DNA of 32,000 nt. Source: Aliivibrio fischeri ES114 (GTDB lineage: Bacteria; Pseudomonadota; Gammaproteobacteria; Enterobacterales; Vibrionaceae). The notes under the pieces are model-generated. The model was given only the letters and a program-made list of their open reading frames with translations, searched no databases and was not told where the DNA came from. The DNA is taken from the NCBI RefSeq assembly GCF_000011805.1, contig NC_006841.2; one strand, written 5' to 3'. Below, in pieces: positions 7,276-17,824 of the stretch (the stretch's first letter is position 1; each line of letters starts with the position of its first letter). Both the position numbers and the translations under genes were made by a program.

Positions 7276-8412
7276 ATGAAATCACGATTAAAAATCACAA
7301 CAGTTGCTCTACTGTTTGCTTCATTTTTTGCTGTTATAACAAGTTTCTTTTCTACCGCTGAAGACATGACTCAGCCAATGAAAGGGGACAATGAGGTTGC
7401 CACTCTTGCAGGGGGATGCTTTTGGTGCACTGAATCTGATTTAGAAAAGTTAGATGGGGTGGTGGATGTGGTTTCTGGTTATTCTGGGGGAACCCTTGAA
7501 AATCCAACCTATAAGCAAGTGTCATCAGGAAAATCGGGTCACATAGAAGTGATTCAAGTGACGTTTGATCCGAAGGTGGTTTCTTATGAACAGATCCTTG
7601 ATCATCTTTTCAGGCATATCGACCCAACAGATAATAAAGGATCGTTTGTTGATCGCGGACCTCAATATCGCCCTGCTATTTTTTATCACAATGAAGATCA
7701 GAAATTGATCGCTCAGAATTTTATGAAAGATATTGATGCAGCAGGGATTTTTCCAAAACCGTTAGCTACTGAGTTAATTGAGTATAAGACATTTTGGCCA
7801 GCAGAAGCGTATCATCAAGATTATTACAAGCGTAATCCTATTCGTTATAAGTATTATCGTCATGGTTCTGGTCGTGATAAGTATTTAGATTCTGTATTTG
7901 GTGAAGATAGAGAGGAAAATCCGAAAACATTACGTCAGTACATTACTGAATATGAAATGGCAGTTAATGTGAAGCCTTACAGTAAGCCTTCTGAAAGTCA
8001 GATCAAGAAGTCTCTGACAGAACTGCAATATTATGTAACGCAAGAAGAGGGAACAGAACGTCCATTTGATAATGCTTATTGGGATAATAAAGCGGAAGGT
8101 ATTTATGTTGATATCGTAAGTGGTGAGCCTTTATTTTCATCAACTGATAAGTATAAATCCGGGACTGGTTGGCCAAGTTTTACGAAACCAATTAATAAAG
8201 CGTACATTGTCGAAGAGGACGATTTCCAGTTATTCACTAAACGTACTGAGATTCGAAGCAAGTTTGCTGATTCACATTTAGGGCATGTTTTTAATGATGG
8301 CCCTAAGCCTACAGGTTTACGTTATTGTATGAATTCTGCTGCGATGCGTTTTGTTGCAAAAGCAGATTTAGAAAAAGAAGGTTACGGTGAATATTTGTAT
8401 TTGTTTAATTAA
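7276..8412 (+). CDS. msrAB: bifunctional methionine sulfoxide reductase MsrA/MsrB with N-terminal signal or anchor sequence
   Basis: GCFWC MsrA motif and [11 protein letters not shown] MsrB motif in one 378-aa ORF. The N-terminus is hydrophobic ([22 protein letters not shown]). Confidence 0.9.
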   Translation: MKSRLKITTVALLFASFFAVITSFFSTAEDMTQPMKGDNEVATLAGGCFWCTESDLEKLDGVVDVVSGYSGGTLENPTYKQVSSGKSGHIEVIQVTFDPKVVSYEQILDHLFRHIDPTDNKGSFVDRGPQYRPAIFYHNEDQKLIAQNFMKDIDAAGIFPKPLATELIEYKTFWPAEAYHQDYYKRNPIRYKYYRHGSGRDKYLDSVFGEDREENPKTLRQYITEYEMAVNVKPYSKPSESQIKKSLTELQYYVTQEEGTERPFDNAYWDNKAEGIYVDIVSGEPLFSSTDKYKSGTGWPSFTKPINKAYIVEEDDFQLFTKRTEIRSKFADSHLGHVFNDGPKPTGLRYCMNSAAMRFVAKADLEKEGYGEYLYLFN

Positions 8413-8530
8413 ATAGGTTATAGCTGTATTTAGATTATTGTATATCAAGGGGGCTTATAAATTTTAATTTTTAGGCCTTTTCAGTTAGTCTCCCATGTAT
8501 CGTTAATACTTAATGAGTCAGTTTATTACC

Positions 8531-8833
8531 ATGAATAAGTTCAAGATAATGTTGCTTTTGCTATTTGTTGCAAATACTGTTCAAGCCAAAGAAGATAAAG
8601 AAGCATATCAGGATTGCATTTTTCAATATGTTACTGGGACTGAAGAGCCTAGTGTTTCACTAATGCTAACCAATGCGTGTAAGAAACTTTATATTGATAA
8701 CTTTATGCTAGAAGAAAAAGAGGCCAATTATAATCAATGCTTACTTGATAATCTTCAAAGTTCTAAAAATAAAGTAGCATCATTGAAAGTTAAGCAGGCA
8801 TGTGATCAGAAACATCGTAGCTTTTTCAATTAA
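8531..8833 (+). CDS. secreted hypothetical protein with duplicated C-X20-C module
   Basis: Signal peptide MNKFKIMLLLLFVANTVQA. Four Cys form two equal-spaced pairs. An alternative start lies at 8513. Confidence 0.6.
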   Translation: MNKFKIMLLLLFVANTVQAKEDKEAYQDCIFQYVTGTEEPSVSLMLTNACKKLYIDNFMLEEKEANYNQCLLDNLQSSKNKVASLKVKQACDQKHRSFFN

Positions 8834-8867
8834 TAAATTGATGTTATTTCAGCAAATCAATAGTAAG

Positions 8868-8905
8868 AAAACCCCAGCTCATCAGTGGTTAAGCTAGGGT
8901 TTTTA
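8868..8905. terminator. probable bidirectional terminator between convergent genes
   Basis: ACCCCAGCT / AGCTAGGGT imperfect stem, flanked by AAA and T5. Confidence 0.5.
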
Positions 8906-8921
8906 TTATATAGGTATAATT

Positions 8922-9485
8922 TTATTTATTTTGTGCTGCAATGTGAGTTGCGATTGCATCCATTAATGCTGGTGATAGGCAATCGTAAGTAGGTAGGCCT
9001 AGTTCAACAAAACGAGCACGGATCGCATCCATATCTTTAGGATCTGTACCTGTTTCAATAATAGATGATACAAATGCAGCAAATTGTGGTGCAGACCAAC
9101 CTTTATCAGCTGATAGCTCTGTGTGAACAAAGTCTAAACCGAAGAACGGATGACCTTCGTTATCAATACGACCGTACATGTGAGTACCACACTCTTTACA
9201 TGCATGACGTTTAATTGTTGCTGTTTCATCAATAACAACTAATTTCTCAGCATTTGCGATAACTTCAACATTGCCACGTGGAATCACTGCAACTTGAGAG
9301 AAGATAGCACCTTCTGGTTTCCAACATTTAGAACAGCCACAAGCATGGTTGTGAGCCGTTTGAGCGGTTAGCTTAACTGCTACTTTATTCTCTTTACATT
9401 GACAGTGTAATGTACCGCCTTGGAAGTTTTCATCTGTCGCTGCAAAGCCATTGTCGATTGCTGGATGTAGTTTTGTAATTGTCAT
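8922..9485 (-). CDS. gfa: S-(hydroxymethyl)glutathione synthase (glutathione-dependent formaldehyde-activating enzyme)
   Basis: Near-collinear match from memory to Paracoccus Gfa ([54 protein letters not shown]). The start is moved to the internal ATG at 9485, which has an AGGAAA SD and gives 187 aa. Confidence 0.9.
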   Translation of the reverse strand: MTITKLHPAIDNGFAATDENFQGGTLHCQCKENKVAVKLTAQTAHNHACGCSKCWKPEGAIFSQVAVIPRGNVEVIANAEKLVVIDETATIKRHACKECGTHMYGRIDNEGHPFFGLDFVHTELSADKGWSAPQFAAFVSSIIETGTDPKDMDAIRARFVELGLPTYDCLSPALMDAIATHIAAQNK

Positions 9486-9888
9486 TTTTTTTCCTGTAAA
9501 TACGTTCAGTATTTTTCGTAATGCGTTGTTCAAGCTTTGAACCTTTATCAAATTTTAGTTAGTTGTTTTCGTTATCTGAGCGCTCAAACGATGGGAGGCA
9601 TTTTTCTCCTTTCTGTGGCGGTAAACAATTAGGTAAATTGTAATTCATTATTACTAATACGTAATAATGTAATCTCCAAGTAAGTGCTCTATTACTTTTG
9701 TGTAATGTTTATATTAGTAAGTGTTGTTTTTATCTTTATGATTTTAAAGGTTTATTTTCATGTTTTTTCTTTTTATAAAAAAATAGCTATTTAATAGGTT
9801 TTGTAAATCACAACTATAAGTACAAGCTATTATCTTTAATTTATTTCTAGGTTTATTCTATCTCCGTAGTTTATTTGGGGATTTAGAG

Positions 9889-10761
9889 ATGACAAAAAGT
9901 GCATTAGTTGTTGAAGGTGGCGCAATGCGTGGCATTTTTGCTAGTGGGGTATTGGATATTTTCATGAAAAATGAATTTATGCCTTATGACTTTGCTATTG
10001 GTGTTTCTGCGGGAGCATCTAATTTATTAGGCTACCTTTCAAATGCACCACAACGCAGTTTTCATGTCATCACTAAATTGGCTACCCATAAACGTTTTTT
10101 TAATATTCCTAGATTTGCAAAAGGCGGGGATCTTGTGGATGTTAAATGGCTTATTGATGAGTCTAATATAAGACATCCTCTTGACTTAGATACGTTATTT
10201 TCTTCTATACCTATGTATGCAGCAGTAACAAACATTGATAGTGGTCATGCTGACTATTATCAAGTTAAAGAAAATAATCTTAATGATGTTATTGAAGCGA
10301 CAACGGCTTTACCAATTGCATATAAATCAACACCTTGTTTTTCTGGAGGATGTTATACCGACGGTGGTGTGGCGGATTCTATTCCAGTTAAAGAGGCCTA
10401 TCGTCGTGGTGCTAGAGATATTACGGTTATTTTATCTCATCCATTAAGTTATGAAATGAAGGCACCTAAATCGTCTTGGTTAATTACGAAATTATTGTCA
10501 CGGTATCCACAAATTGCGAAAGCTATGCTTGTTCGTGCAGATAATTACAATTTATCATTAGAATTCATTCGTAATCCTCCTGAGGGAACGACGGTTCGTG
10601 TTATTGCTCCACCTGAAGATTTTGCAGTTAAACGCCTTTCAATGAAATCTCCTATATTAATGGAAGGTTATCAAATGGGTGTTTCTGCTGGATTAAATCA
10701 TTTATCAAGTCGTGACGGTACATTTGGATTAGATACTGAAAATTGTCATTTCTGTATTTAA
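9889..10761 (+). CDS. patatin-like phospholipase family protein
   Basis: GGAMRG oxyanion motif, GVSAG nucleophile elbow and DGG motif. Confidence 0.85.
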   Translation: MTKSALVVEGGAMRGIFASGVLDIFMKNEFMPYDFAIGVSAGASNLLGYLSNAPQRSFHVITKLATHKRFFNIPRFAKGGDLVDVKWLIDESNIRHPLDLDTLFSSIPMYAAVTNIDSGHADYYQVKENNLNDVIEATTALPIAYKSTPCFSGGCYTDGGVADSIPVKEAYRRGARDITVILSHPLSYEMKAPKSSWLITKLLSRYPQIAKAMLVRADNYNLSLEFIRNPPEGTTVRVIAPPEDFAVKRLSMKSPILMEGYQMGVSAGLNHLSSRDGTFGLDTENCHFCI

Positions 10762-10815
10762 TTCTATTTTTATAAACAGTTTTATCGTGCACTTTATATA
10801 AACAAGGAATCAATC

Positions 10816-12264
10816 ATGAGTAAGAAGTTAACAACAGCAGCAGGCTGTCCTGTTGCACATAACCAAAATGTTCAAACTGCGGGTAAACGTGGCCCTCAAT
10901 TATTGCAAGATGTGTGGTTTTTAGAAAAACTGGCGCATTTTGATCGTGAAGTTATTCCTGAGCGTCGTATGCATGCGAAAGGCTCTGGTGCTTACGGTAC
11001 ATTTACGGTTACTCACGACATTACGAAATATACGAAAGCAAAATTGTTTTCTGAAATTGGTAAACAAACCGAGTTATTCGCGCGTTTCACAACGGTAGCG
11101 GGTGAGCGTGGTGCTGCTGATGCTGAGCGTGATATTCGTGGTTTTGCATTAAAATTCTACACAGAAGAAGGTAACTGGGATTTGGTTGGTAATAATACAC
11201 CCGTATTCTTCCTACGTGATCCACTAAAATTCCCTGATTTAAACCACGCAGTGAAACGCGATCCTCGCACAAATATGCGAAGCGCTAAAAATAACTGGGA
11301 TTTTTGGACATCACTACCTGAAGCACTTCATCAAGTGACCATCGTAATGAGTGATCGTGGTATTCCTGCAACATACCGTCATATGCATGGTTTTGGTAGC
11401 CACACGTTTAGTTTTATTAATAGCGATAATGAGCGTTTTTGGGTTAAATTCCACTTTAAATCACAACAAGGCATTAAAAACTTGTCAGATGCTGAAGCTG
11501 CACAAGTGATTGGTCAAGATCGTGAAAGTCATCAACGTGATTTACTTGAAAGTATTGATAACCAAGATTTCCCTAAATGGACACTAAAAGTTCAGATCAT
11601 GCCAGAAGCGGATGCGGCAACAGTGCCTTACAATCCGTTTGATTTAACAAAAGTATGGCCACATAAAGATTATCCTTTGATTGAAGTGGGTGAGTTTGAG
11701 TTAAACCGTAATCCGCAAAACTTCTTTGCTGAAGTAGAGCAATCGGCATTTAACCCTGCAAACGTAGTTCCTGGTATTAGCTTCTCTCCAGATAAGATGC
11801 TACAAGGTCGTTTATTTGCATACGGTGATGCACAACGCTACCGTTTAGGTGTAAACCACCAACATATTCCTGTGAACGCTCCTCGTTGTCCTGTTCACAG
11901 CTATCACCGTGATGGTGCTATGCGTGTTGATGGTAACTTTGGCAGCACGCTAGGTTATGAACCAAATAATGAAGGCCAATGGGCTGAGCAACCTGATTTT
12001 GCAGAACCAGCATTAAATCTTGATGGTGCAGCTGCGCATTGGGATCACCGTGAAGATGAAGATTACTTCTCACAACCGGGTGATTTATTCCGCTTAATGA
12101 CCGCAGAGCAACAAGCTATATTGTTTGATAATACTGCTCGTAACTTAAATGGCGTACCAAAAGAGATTCAACTTCGTCATTTAAGACATTGTTATAAAGC
12201 TGACCCTGCTTATGGTGAAGGTATCGGTAAACTGCTTGATATTGATGTAAGCGAATTTAATTGA
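10816..12264 (+). CDS. katA: monofunctional haem catalase
   Basis: 482 aa with canonical catalase motifs (RERIPERVVHAKG-like [26 protein letters not shown]). Confidence 0.95.
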   Translation: MSKKLTTAAGCPVAHNQNVQTAGKRGPQLLQDVWFLEKLAHFDREVIPERRMHAKGSGAYGTFTVTHDITKYTKAKLFSEIGKQTELFARFTTVAGERGAADAERDIRGFALKFYTEEGNWDLVGNNTPVFFLRDPLKFPDLNHAVKRDPRTNMRSAKNNWDFWTSLPEALHQVTIVMSDRGIPATYRHMHGFGSHTFSFINSDNERFWVKFHFKSQQGIKNLSDAEAAQVIGQDRESHQRDLLESIDNQDFPKWTLKVQIMPEADAATVPYNPFDLTKVWPHKDYPLIEVGEFELNRNPQNFFAEVEQSAFNPANVVPGISFSPDKMLQGRLFAYGDAQRYRLGVNHQHIPVNAPRCPVHSYHRDGAMRVDGNFGSTLGYEPNNEGQWAEQPDFAEPALNLDGAAAHWDHREDEDYFSQPGDLFRLMTAEQQAILFDNTARNLNGVPKEIQLRHLRHCYKADPAYGEGIGKLLDIDVSEFN

Positions 12265-12281
12265 TAAAAAAGTTAATATAA

Positions 12282-12305
12282 GGCGACGAATGAGTCGCCT
12301 TTTTT
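12282..12305 (+). terminator. rho-independent terminator after the catalase gene
   Basis: GGCGAC-gaatga-GTCGCC followed by T6. Confidence 0.8.
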
Positions 12306-12483
12306 ATGTCTATCATTTTGATTTAAATAAAATTTATCAAAATGATAAAGTCGTTACTGTTATGGTTTTTTTCTTTGTAAAAAATGAGACCGAGTGTTCA
12401 CTTTAAGAAATGGCCATATTCATTTTTTTATTTCTGGGGATATAGTCAATCCAATTGCATTAAATGAACCGGAGAAGTACCCC

Positions 12484-13023
12484 ATGAGTGCATACATTCA
12501 ATTTCCAAAAGAAACGTTTAATAAAACAGCGCCAATTGCTTATGGCGAAGATGAGCAAGAAGTGATGATTGATCAAGTCATTTACGACTATATCTTAAAA
12601 TACAGCAAAGACTTTGCAGAGGCTCAAGGGCTATTATCATTGCTTGTATCTGAAAATAAAGACTTTATTGAGAAAGCTCGTGAATCCTCAGAGATTAAAG
12701 AATCTCGAGCTGATTATATTGTTAATTTGATGAGTTCTGCATTATTGAATGTGTCTCCTGTTCCGCTTGATGCGCATCAAACCGTTGAAATTAATTTTGA
12801 TAATTTAACTTTTCAATGTGGAAAAACTGTAAGTCAGTGTTTTTCTATTCCAGCGTTCATTATGAGCATGATGAGTCAAAATGATGTACAAGAAGTCATT
12901 GAATCTGAACTTGTTCATATTGACGCAAAAGATTTTAATTTCGAACTTTTTAACAGTTATATTCGAGGCATTTTATTCTCACGATTATTTGAGAATAAGA
13001 TCACCGCAGATAACTGGGTCTAG
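12484..13023 (+). CDS. hypothetical acidic protein (179 aa)
   Basis: An ATG at 12484 follows a GGAGAAG SD. The GTG at 12394 used by the track has no SD. I recognise no family. Confidence 0.6.
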   Translation: MSAYIQFPKETFNKTAPIAYGEDEQEVMIDQVIYDYILKYSKDFAEAQGLLSLLVSENKDFIEKARESSEIKESRADYIVNLMSSALLNVSPVPLDAHQTVEINFDNLTFQCGKTVSQCFSIPAFIMSMMSQNDVQEVIESELVHIDAKDFNFELFNSYIRGILFSRLFENKITADNWV

Positions 13024-13034
13024 TCTGATTTTAT

Positions 13035-13068
13035 GAGCGGTTATCATTTGGTATACCGCTCTTTATTA
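13035..13068 (+). terminator. rho-independent terminator
   Basis: GAGCGGT / ACCGCTC stem followed by TTTATTA. Confidence 0.6.
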
Positions 13069-13083
13069 TGATGGTTTACGTGA

Positions 13084-13098
13084 GTTTACATTGTAAAT
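13084..13098. other. second parS2-type site GTTTACATTGTAAAT
   Basis: Exact match to NTTTACANTGTAAAN. It is intergenic. Confidence 0.75.
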
Positions 13099-13290
13099 TT
13101 CATGAAGTGAGTCGAAAGCCAAATTGCTTTTTTCATTTTGTTCATGAGCGACTGGAAAGCAGATAACAAAATGATAAATCGCATTTAATAATGAGCCGAT
13201 ATATCGAGTGAAATCGTCTTTTTTTGCTAGCTTTGTTTGTGTAAGTACTATGCTATTAAGTGCTGTATCGTTCATAAACAAGGAAAGAAA

Positions 13291-14469
13291 ATGACTAATA
13301 AATTAACTTCGCTCACTATTGCTTTTGTTGGCGCATTATCTTCAATGGGAGCACAAGCACATGGCTGGGTTGAATACCCTAGTGCAAGACAAAATACTTG
13401 TTATTTAGATGGAGGTTTTTGGGATAACACCATTCCCAATCAAGCGTGTCAGGCTGCTTATGATGAATCAGGCGCTTTTCCTTTTGTTCAGCGAAATGAA
13501 GTTGCCGCTAATGTACCCAATTATCAAGATATGGCACACGTTCAAGCGATTGTTCGTGATGGTCACTTATGTTCCGCAGGTGATGCTGCTAAGTCTGGAT
13601 TAAACTTAGGCTCATTACATTGGCAGAAAACAGCGATAGCACTGGATGCAAATAACCAGATAGAGCTGATCTTTAATGCGACAGCCCCACATAACCCTTC
13701 TTACTGGCAGTTTTATCTTTCTAATGAAAATTATGATCCAACGGTTCCACTTACTTGGGGAGATCTGGTTCTTATTGATACTGCAGGTAATGTTCCTGTT
13801 GGAGAAGATAAAAAATACCGAATTAAAATAACATTACCAGCAGATAGAAGTGATTCTGCTGTTCTTTATACTCGTTGGCAGCGTGAAGATGCAGCAGGTG
13901 AAGGATTTTATAACTGCAGTGACATTTCGTTTAACGGCTCAGGTACAACACCACCAAAACCAACCGATCCTGTTGAGCCCCCACAATATTCAGACTTAGG
14001 CTATTACATTAATCAAGGATTTGGACCTGTTGAATCTGGAGATACGGTTCGTTTCAGAACGTTTGATTCTACAGGAGCTGAAACTACGGATATTAGCTTA
14101 GCTATTACAGCAAATAATACATCAACATGGTCAGCCGAATTGGCAGGGCAGTTTAATCAACTCAAGAACAAAGAGTGGTTCATTGGTATTTGGCATCAAG
14201 AAATGAATCATTATATGTATGATTCAAATAATATTTATGCAAATAAAGTTTTTGCACCTACAGCGAATGTGAGTTACCAGCTGTCTTTAATTAAAGCCGA
14301 TATCACCCCACCTGTTGAGCCGCCAGTAGAACCGTCAAATCCATGGGATAAAACCGCAACGTACAATGCAGGCGATATCGTGGATCATAACGGAAAAGCA
14401 TGGGTGGCACAGTGGTGGACAAAAGGTGAAGAGCCAGGAACGACAGGTGAATGGGGAGTGTGGCGATAA
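13291..14469 (+). CDS. AA10 lytic polysaccharide monooxygenase with C-terminal chitin-binding-type domain
   Basis: The signal peptide ends AQA, followed by His-1 (HGWVEYP). Pro-rich linkers (PPKPTDPVEPP, PPVEPPVEP) lead to a Trp-rich C-terminal module (AWVAQWWTKGEEPG). The start is set at 13291 after an AAGGAAAG SD. Confidence 0.85.
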   Translation: MTNKLTSLTIAFVGALSSMGAQAHGWVEYPSARQNTCYLDGGFWDNTIPNQACQAAYDESGAFPFVQRNEVAANVPNYQDMAHVQAIVRDGHLCSAGDAAKSGLNLGSLHWQKTAIALDANNQIELIFNATAPHNPSYWQFYLSNENYDPTVPLTWGDLVLIDTAGNVPVGEDKKYRIKITLPADRSDSAVLYTRWQREDAAGEGFYNCSDISFNGSGTTPPKPTDPVEPPQYSDLGYYINQGFGPVESGDTVRFRTFDSTGAETTDISLAITANNTSTWSAELAGQFNQLKNKEWFIGIWHQEMNHYMYDSNNIYANKVFAPTANVSYQLSLIKADITPPVEPPVEPSNPWDKTATYNAGDIVDHNGKAWVAQWWTKGEEPGTTGEWGVWR

Positions 14470-14517
14470 GAAGAACCACTAATTCATATTAATTAAAATA
14501 TATATTACCTAATATAA

Positions 14518-14550
14518 AAGCCCTAAATTAGCCGTTTAGGGCTTTTATTA
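14518..14550 (+). terminator. rho-independent terminator after the LPMO gene
   Basis: AAGCCCTAAA-ttagccg-TTTAGGGCTT followed by TTATT. Confidence 0.8.
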
Positions 14551-14678
14551 TAACCAATGCTTATGAATAACATAATGAGAGCTATTTAGTCTAAAGAGGT
14601 TCAATTTCATATTATTTGCTCAATGATTAAGAACACGAATTCAAGGATGAAATCATTATTTTCAAAATGAGAGTAATT

Positions 14679-15218
14679 ATGAAATTAGTACAAAAAACAC
14701 TATTAGTAGCATCACTTCTATCTTCAACAGCCCTTTATGCTAATGCGCTAGAAGGACATCGAATCGGTTTAGGTTTTAACTCAACGAGCATTGATGATGT
14801 GGCTTTTGATAGTAAGCACTCAACAAGTGGCTTCACTTTAGCGTATGGTTACGATATTAATGATATTGTTGGTATCAACCTTTCTTTGAATAAAGGCAGT
14901 GGAAGTGAATTGATTTTTGATATAGATACATCTACATTTAAGTTTGATACCGATATTGGCTACACATTTCATATGGAAAATGCATCAATTAAGCCCTATG
15001 GTGTGTTGGGCTTTGCTAAGTTTAAAGAAGAACTCAGCGCATTTGGCCAAGATGTTGGCAAATGGGATGATTCCACCATATTTATAGGCGTTGGTACTCG
15101 AGCGACATTTAACCAACATTTTTATACAGATTTAAGATTGGATTTTATGAATCTAAAAGATAGTGGCGATAATATCTTTGCGGATCAATTCTCTTTTACT
15201 GTTGGTTATAAGTTTTAA
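14679..15218 (+). CDS. small outer-membrane beta-barrel protein
   Basis: Signal peptide, alternating beta-strand pattern and a C-terminal GYKF. The ATG at 14679 has a GAGAG SD. An alternative ATG lies at 14667. Confidence 0.75.
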   Translation: MKLVQKTLLVASLLSSTALYANALEGHRIGLGFNSTSIDDVAFDSKHSTSGFTLAYGYDINDIVGINLSLNKGSGSELIFDIDTSTFKFDTDIGYTFHMENASIKPYGVLGFAKFKEELSAFGQDVGKWDDSTIFIGVGTRATFNQHFYTDLRLDFMNLKDSGDNIFADQFSFTVGYKF

Positions 15219-15264
15219 TCAAGTCTAACTTATCCACTATTTTAGTTACTATGATTATTCTTAA

Positions 15265-15292
15265 AGCTCTGGATTTTTCCGGGGCTTTTTTA
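15265..15292 (+). terminator. rho-independent terminator
   Basis: AGCUCUGG / CCGGGGCU stem with two G-U pairs, followed by T6. Confidence 0.65.
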
Positions 15293-15316
15293 TTGTGCAT
15301 TAAAACATCATACTTC

Positions 15317-15346
15317 TCGACAATGTGATCGAGATCTCTGTATAAT
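15317..15346 (+). promoter_or_regulatory. sigma70-type promoter for the ABC-F gene
   Basis: TCGACA, 18-nt spacer, then TATAAT. Confidence 0.5.
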
Positions 15347-15444
15347 CCGCGCCTAGATTTTCTCATTCATCATACTTTCGTCCTTCATCTTTTAGCGCTC
15401 TATCGCTTAATCATGACTTGTCAGTAAACCTAGGAATTACTTCG

Positions 15445-17055
15445 TTGATACAATCAAACAATATCACTATGCAGTTTGGCGCAGAGCCTTTATTCGAAAA
15501 CATTTCAGCAAAATTTGGCAACGGTAACCGTTATGGTTTGATCGGGGCGAATGGTTGCGGAAAATCAACCTTCATGAAGATTCTAAGTGGCGCATTAACT
15601 CCTAGCTCTGGCAATGTATCAATGACACCGGGACAAAAGTTAGGTGTGCTAAGTCAAGATCAATTTGCGTTTGAGCAATTTAACGTAATCGATGTTGTGA
15701 TCATGGGGGACAAAAAATTATGGGAAATCAAACAAGAGCGTGACCGTATCTATTCATTACCTGAAATGAGTGAAGAAGACGGTATGAAAGTGGCAGAGCT
15801 TGAAAGTGAATTTGCTGAAATGGACGGTTACAGCGCTGAAAGTCGTGCTGGTGATATCTTGATCCAAGCGGGTATTGATGAATCACTTCATTTTGGTTTA
15901 ATGCAGCAAGTGGCACCTGGTTGGAAATTGCGTGTGTTATTGGCACAAGCTCTGTTTGCAAACCCTGATATTTTGTTACTTGATGAACCAACCAACAACT
16001 TGGATATTCATACGATCAACTGGTTAGCTGAAGAGCTGAATCAACGTAAATGTACCATGATCATCATTTCGCATGACAGACACTTCTTGAACTCTGTATG
16101 TACGCATATGGCGGACATTGATTATGGCGAATTACGCATTTATCCAGGCAATTATGAGTATTTCTTAGAAGCATCTAGCTTGATCCGTGAGCAATTACTA
16201 GCAGGAAATGCGAAAAAAGAAGCTGAGATTAATGAGCTACAAGATTTCGTAAACCGTTTTGGTGCTAATGCATCGAAAGCGAAACAAGCAAGTTCTCGTG
16301 CCAAGAAAATGGAAAAGATCACTCTGGATGAAGTGAAGTCATCTAGTCGTATGAGCCCATCAATTAATTTTGGTGAAGGTAAAAAATTACACCGCCAAGC
16401 ATTAGAGCTTGAAAACCTAGGTCATGGTTTTGATGGTGACGTTCTATTTAAAGGCGGAGACTTACTGCTTGAAGCGGGTACACGTTTAGCGGTAATTGGT
16501 GAAAATGGTGTAGGTAAAACAACCTTCTTACGTTGTTTAGTTCAAGACTTAAAACAAAACGAAGGTATTGTTAAATGGTCTGAAAACGCTTCTGTGGGTT
16601 ATTGTCCTCAAGATAGCACTGCTGATTTTGATAATGATTTAAGTATTTTCGATTGGATTTCTCAATGGCGTACCGCTAAGCACGATGATCTTATGGTTCG
16701 TGGTATTTTAGGTCGTTTGTTATTTACTGCTGATGATGCAAATAAGAAAGCGCGTAACTGTTCAGGTGGTGAGAAGAACCGTTTATTATTTGGCAAGTTA
16801 ATGATGCAAGATATCAATGTACTTGTTATGGATGAACCAACAAACCACATGGATATGGAAGCGATTGAAGCTCTGAATAATGCGTTAAAAGTGTACCCAG
16901 GTACGCTAATCTTTGTAAGTCATGACCGTGAGTTTGTATCGTCTCTTGCAACGCATATCATTGATATTAAAGATAAGAAGATCATTAACTTCCAAGGCAC
17001 TTATGATGAATATTTAGATCATCAAGTTAAAATGCTTCAGGTTAAAATTGCCTAA
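15445..17055 (+). CDS. ybiT: ABC-F family ATPase, YbiT orthologue
   Basis: Collinear with E. coli YbiT from memory, with two ABC cassettes. A TTG at 15445 (AGGA located 9 nt upstream) gives [12 protein letters not shown], which aligns with E. coli MLVSSNVTMQFG. The track start at 15418 is also TTG. Confidence 0.9.
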   Translation: MIQSNNITMQFGAEPLFENISAKFGNGNRYGLIGANGCGKSTFMKILSGALTPSSGNVSMTPGQKLGVLSQDQFAFEQFNVIDVVIMGDKKLWEIKQERDRIYSLPEMSEEDGMKVAELESEFAEMDGYSAESRAGDILIQAGIDESLHFGLMQQVAPGWKLRVLLAQALFANPDILLLDEPTNNLDIHTINWLAEELNQRKCTMIIISHDRHFLNSVCTHMADIDYGELRIYPGNYEYFLEASSLIREQLLAGNAKKEAEINELQDFVNRFGANASKAKQASSRAKKMEKITLDEVKSSSRMSPSINFGEGKKLHRQALELENLGHGFDGDVLFKGGDLLLEAGTRLAVIGENGVGKTTFLRCLVQDLKQNEGIVKWSENASVGYCPQDSTADFDNDLSIFDWISQWRTAKHDDLMVRGILGRLLFTADDANKKARNCSGGEKNRLLFGKLMMQDINVLVMDEPTNHMDMEAIEALNNALKVYPGTLIFVSHDREFVSSLATHIIDIKDKKIINFQGTYDEYLDHQVKMLQVKIA

Positions 17056-17081
17056 TTTATTCGCTTTAGGTTAAGATCTTT

Positions 17082-17117
17082 AAAAACGCGAGTTTGATTA
17101 CCAACTCGCGTTTTTTA
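17082..17117 (+). terminator. rho-independent terminator
   Basis: ACGCGAGTT-tgattacc-AACTCGCGT followed by T6. Confidence 0.85.
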
Positions 17118-17140
17118 TTTTGTTTATTTAGGAATTATAT

Positions 17141-17779
17141 ATGTCACTCATTAACTCTAAAGAAGCGGCACCAGCACATACTGTCGTTGTACTCGATTTT
17201 GAAACTACTGGTTTATCTCCAAATCAAGGGGATCGTGCAATCGAAATTGGTGCTGTTAAATTAGAAAATGGTGTGGTGGTTGATCGCTTTCAAGGTTTAA
17301 TGAATCCGGGGTTTAGAGTCAGTCCATTTATAGAAAACTATACTGGTATTTCTAATCGTATGCTTGCAGATGCAGCCAGTTGTGATGAAGTGATGAATGA
17401 GTTTGCCAACTTTATTCAAGGTTGCAATTTGGTTGCTCATAATGCCTCGTTTGATAAGCGTTTTTTAGATGGTGAGTTAGCGTTAATCCAGCGTGAATAT
17501 GATGGGGATTTTGCTTGTTCACTATTAGTGTCTAGACGATTAACTCAAGAAGCGTCGTCGCATAAATTAGGCGATTTGGTTGCTTATCATCAAATTGAAA
17601 ATGATGGTGTATTTCACCGAGCATTAGCTGATGCTGAGGTTACGGCATCATTATGGTTAGTATTATTAGAGACGTTAGAAAGAGAGCACGGAATAGTAAA
17701 TCCAAGCTTTGAATTAATGATGAAGATAGGTAAAACACCTAAAGCATCCATAGCTAACTTTTTGAAAAAGAATCGCTAG
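17141..17779 (+). CDS. DEDDh 3'-5' exonuclease (DnaQ/epsilon-like)
   Basis: Exo I LDFETTG, Exo II HNASFD and Exo III HRALADA motifs. Confidence 0.85.
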   Translation: MSLINSKEAAPAHTVVVLDFETTGLSPNQGDRAIEIGAVKLENGVVVDRFQGLMNPGFRVSPFIENYTGISNRMLADAASCDEVMNEFANFIQGCNLVAHNASFDKRFLDGELALIQREYDGDFACSLLVSRRLTQEASSHKLGDLVAYHQIENDGVFHRALADAEVTASLWLVLLETLEREHGIVNPSFELMMKIGKTPKASIANFLKKNR

Positions 17780-17824
17780 CGGGTCGAAATAGAGCGATTT
17801 ATTTATCGTTATACTCGTTGCGAT

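Noticed and set aside
13066-13281. 71-aa minus-strand ORF between the hypothetical gene and the LPMO gene
   Set aside because: It covers the terminator, the parS2 site and the likely LPMO promoter. It has no SD and its composition looks non-coding.
15413-15427. Four-codon mini-ORF MTCQ* as a regulatory leader peptide
   Set aside because: It has no SD and is too short to assess. It is mentioned only inside the low-interest ybiT leader finding.
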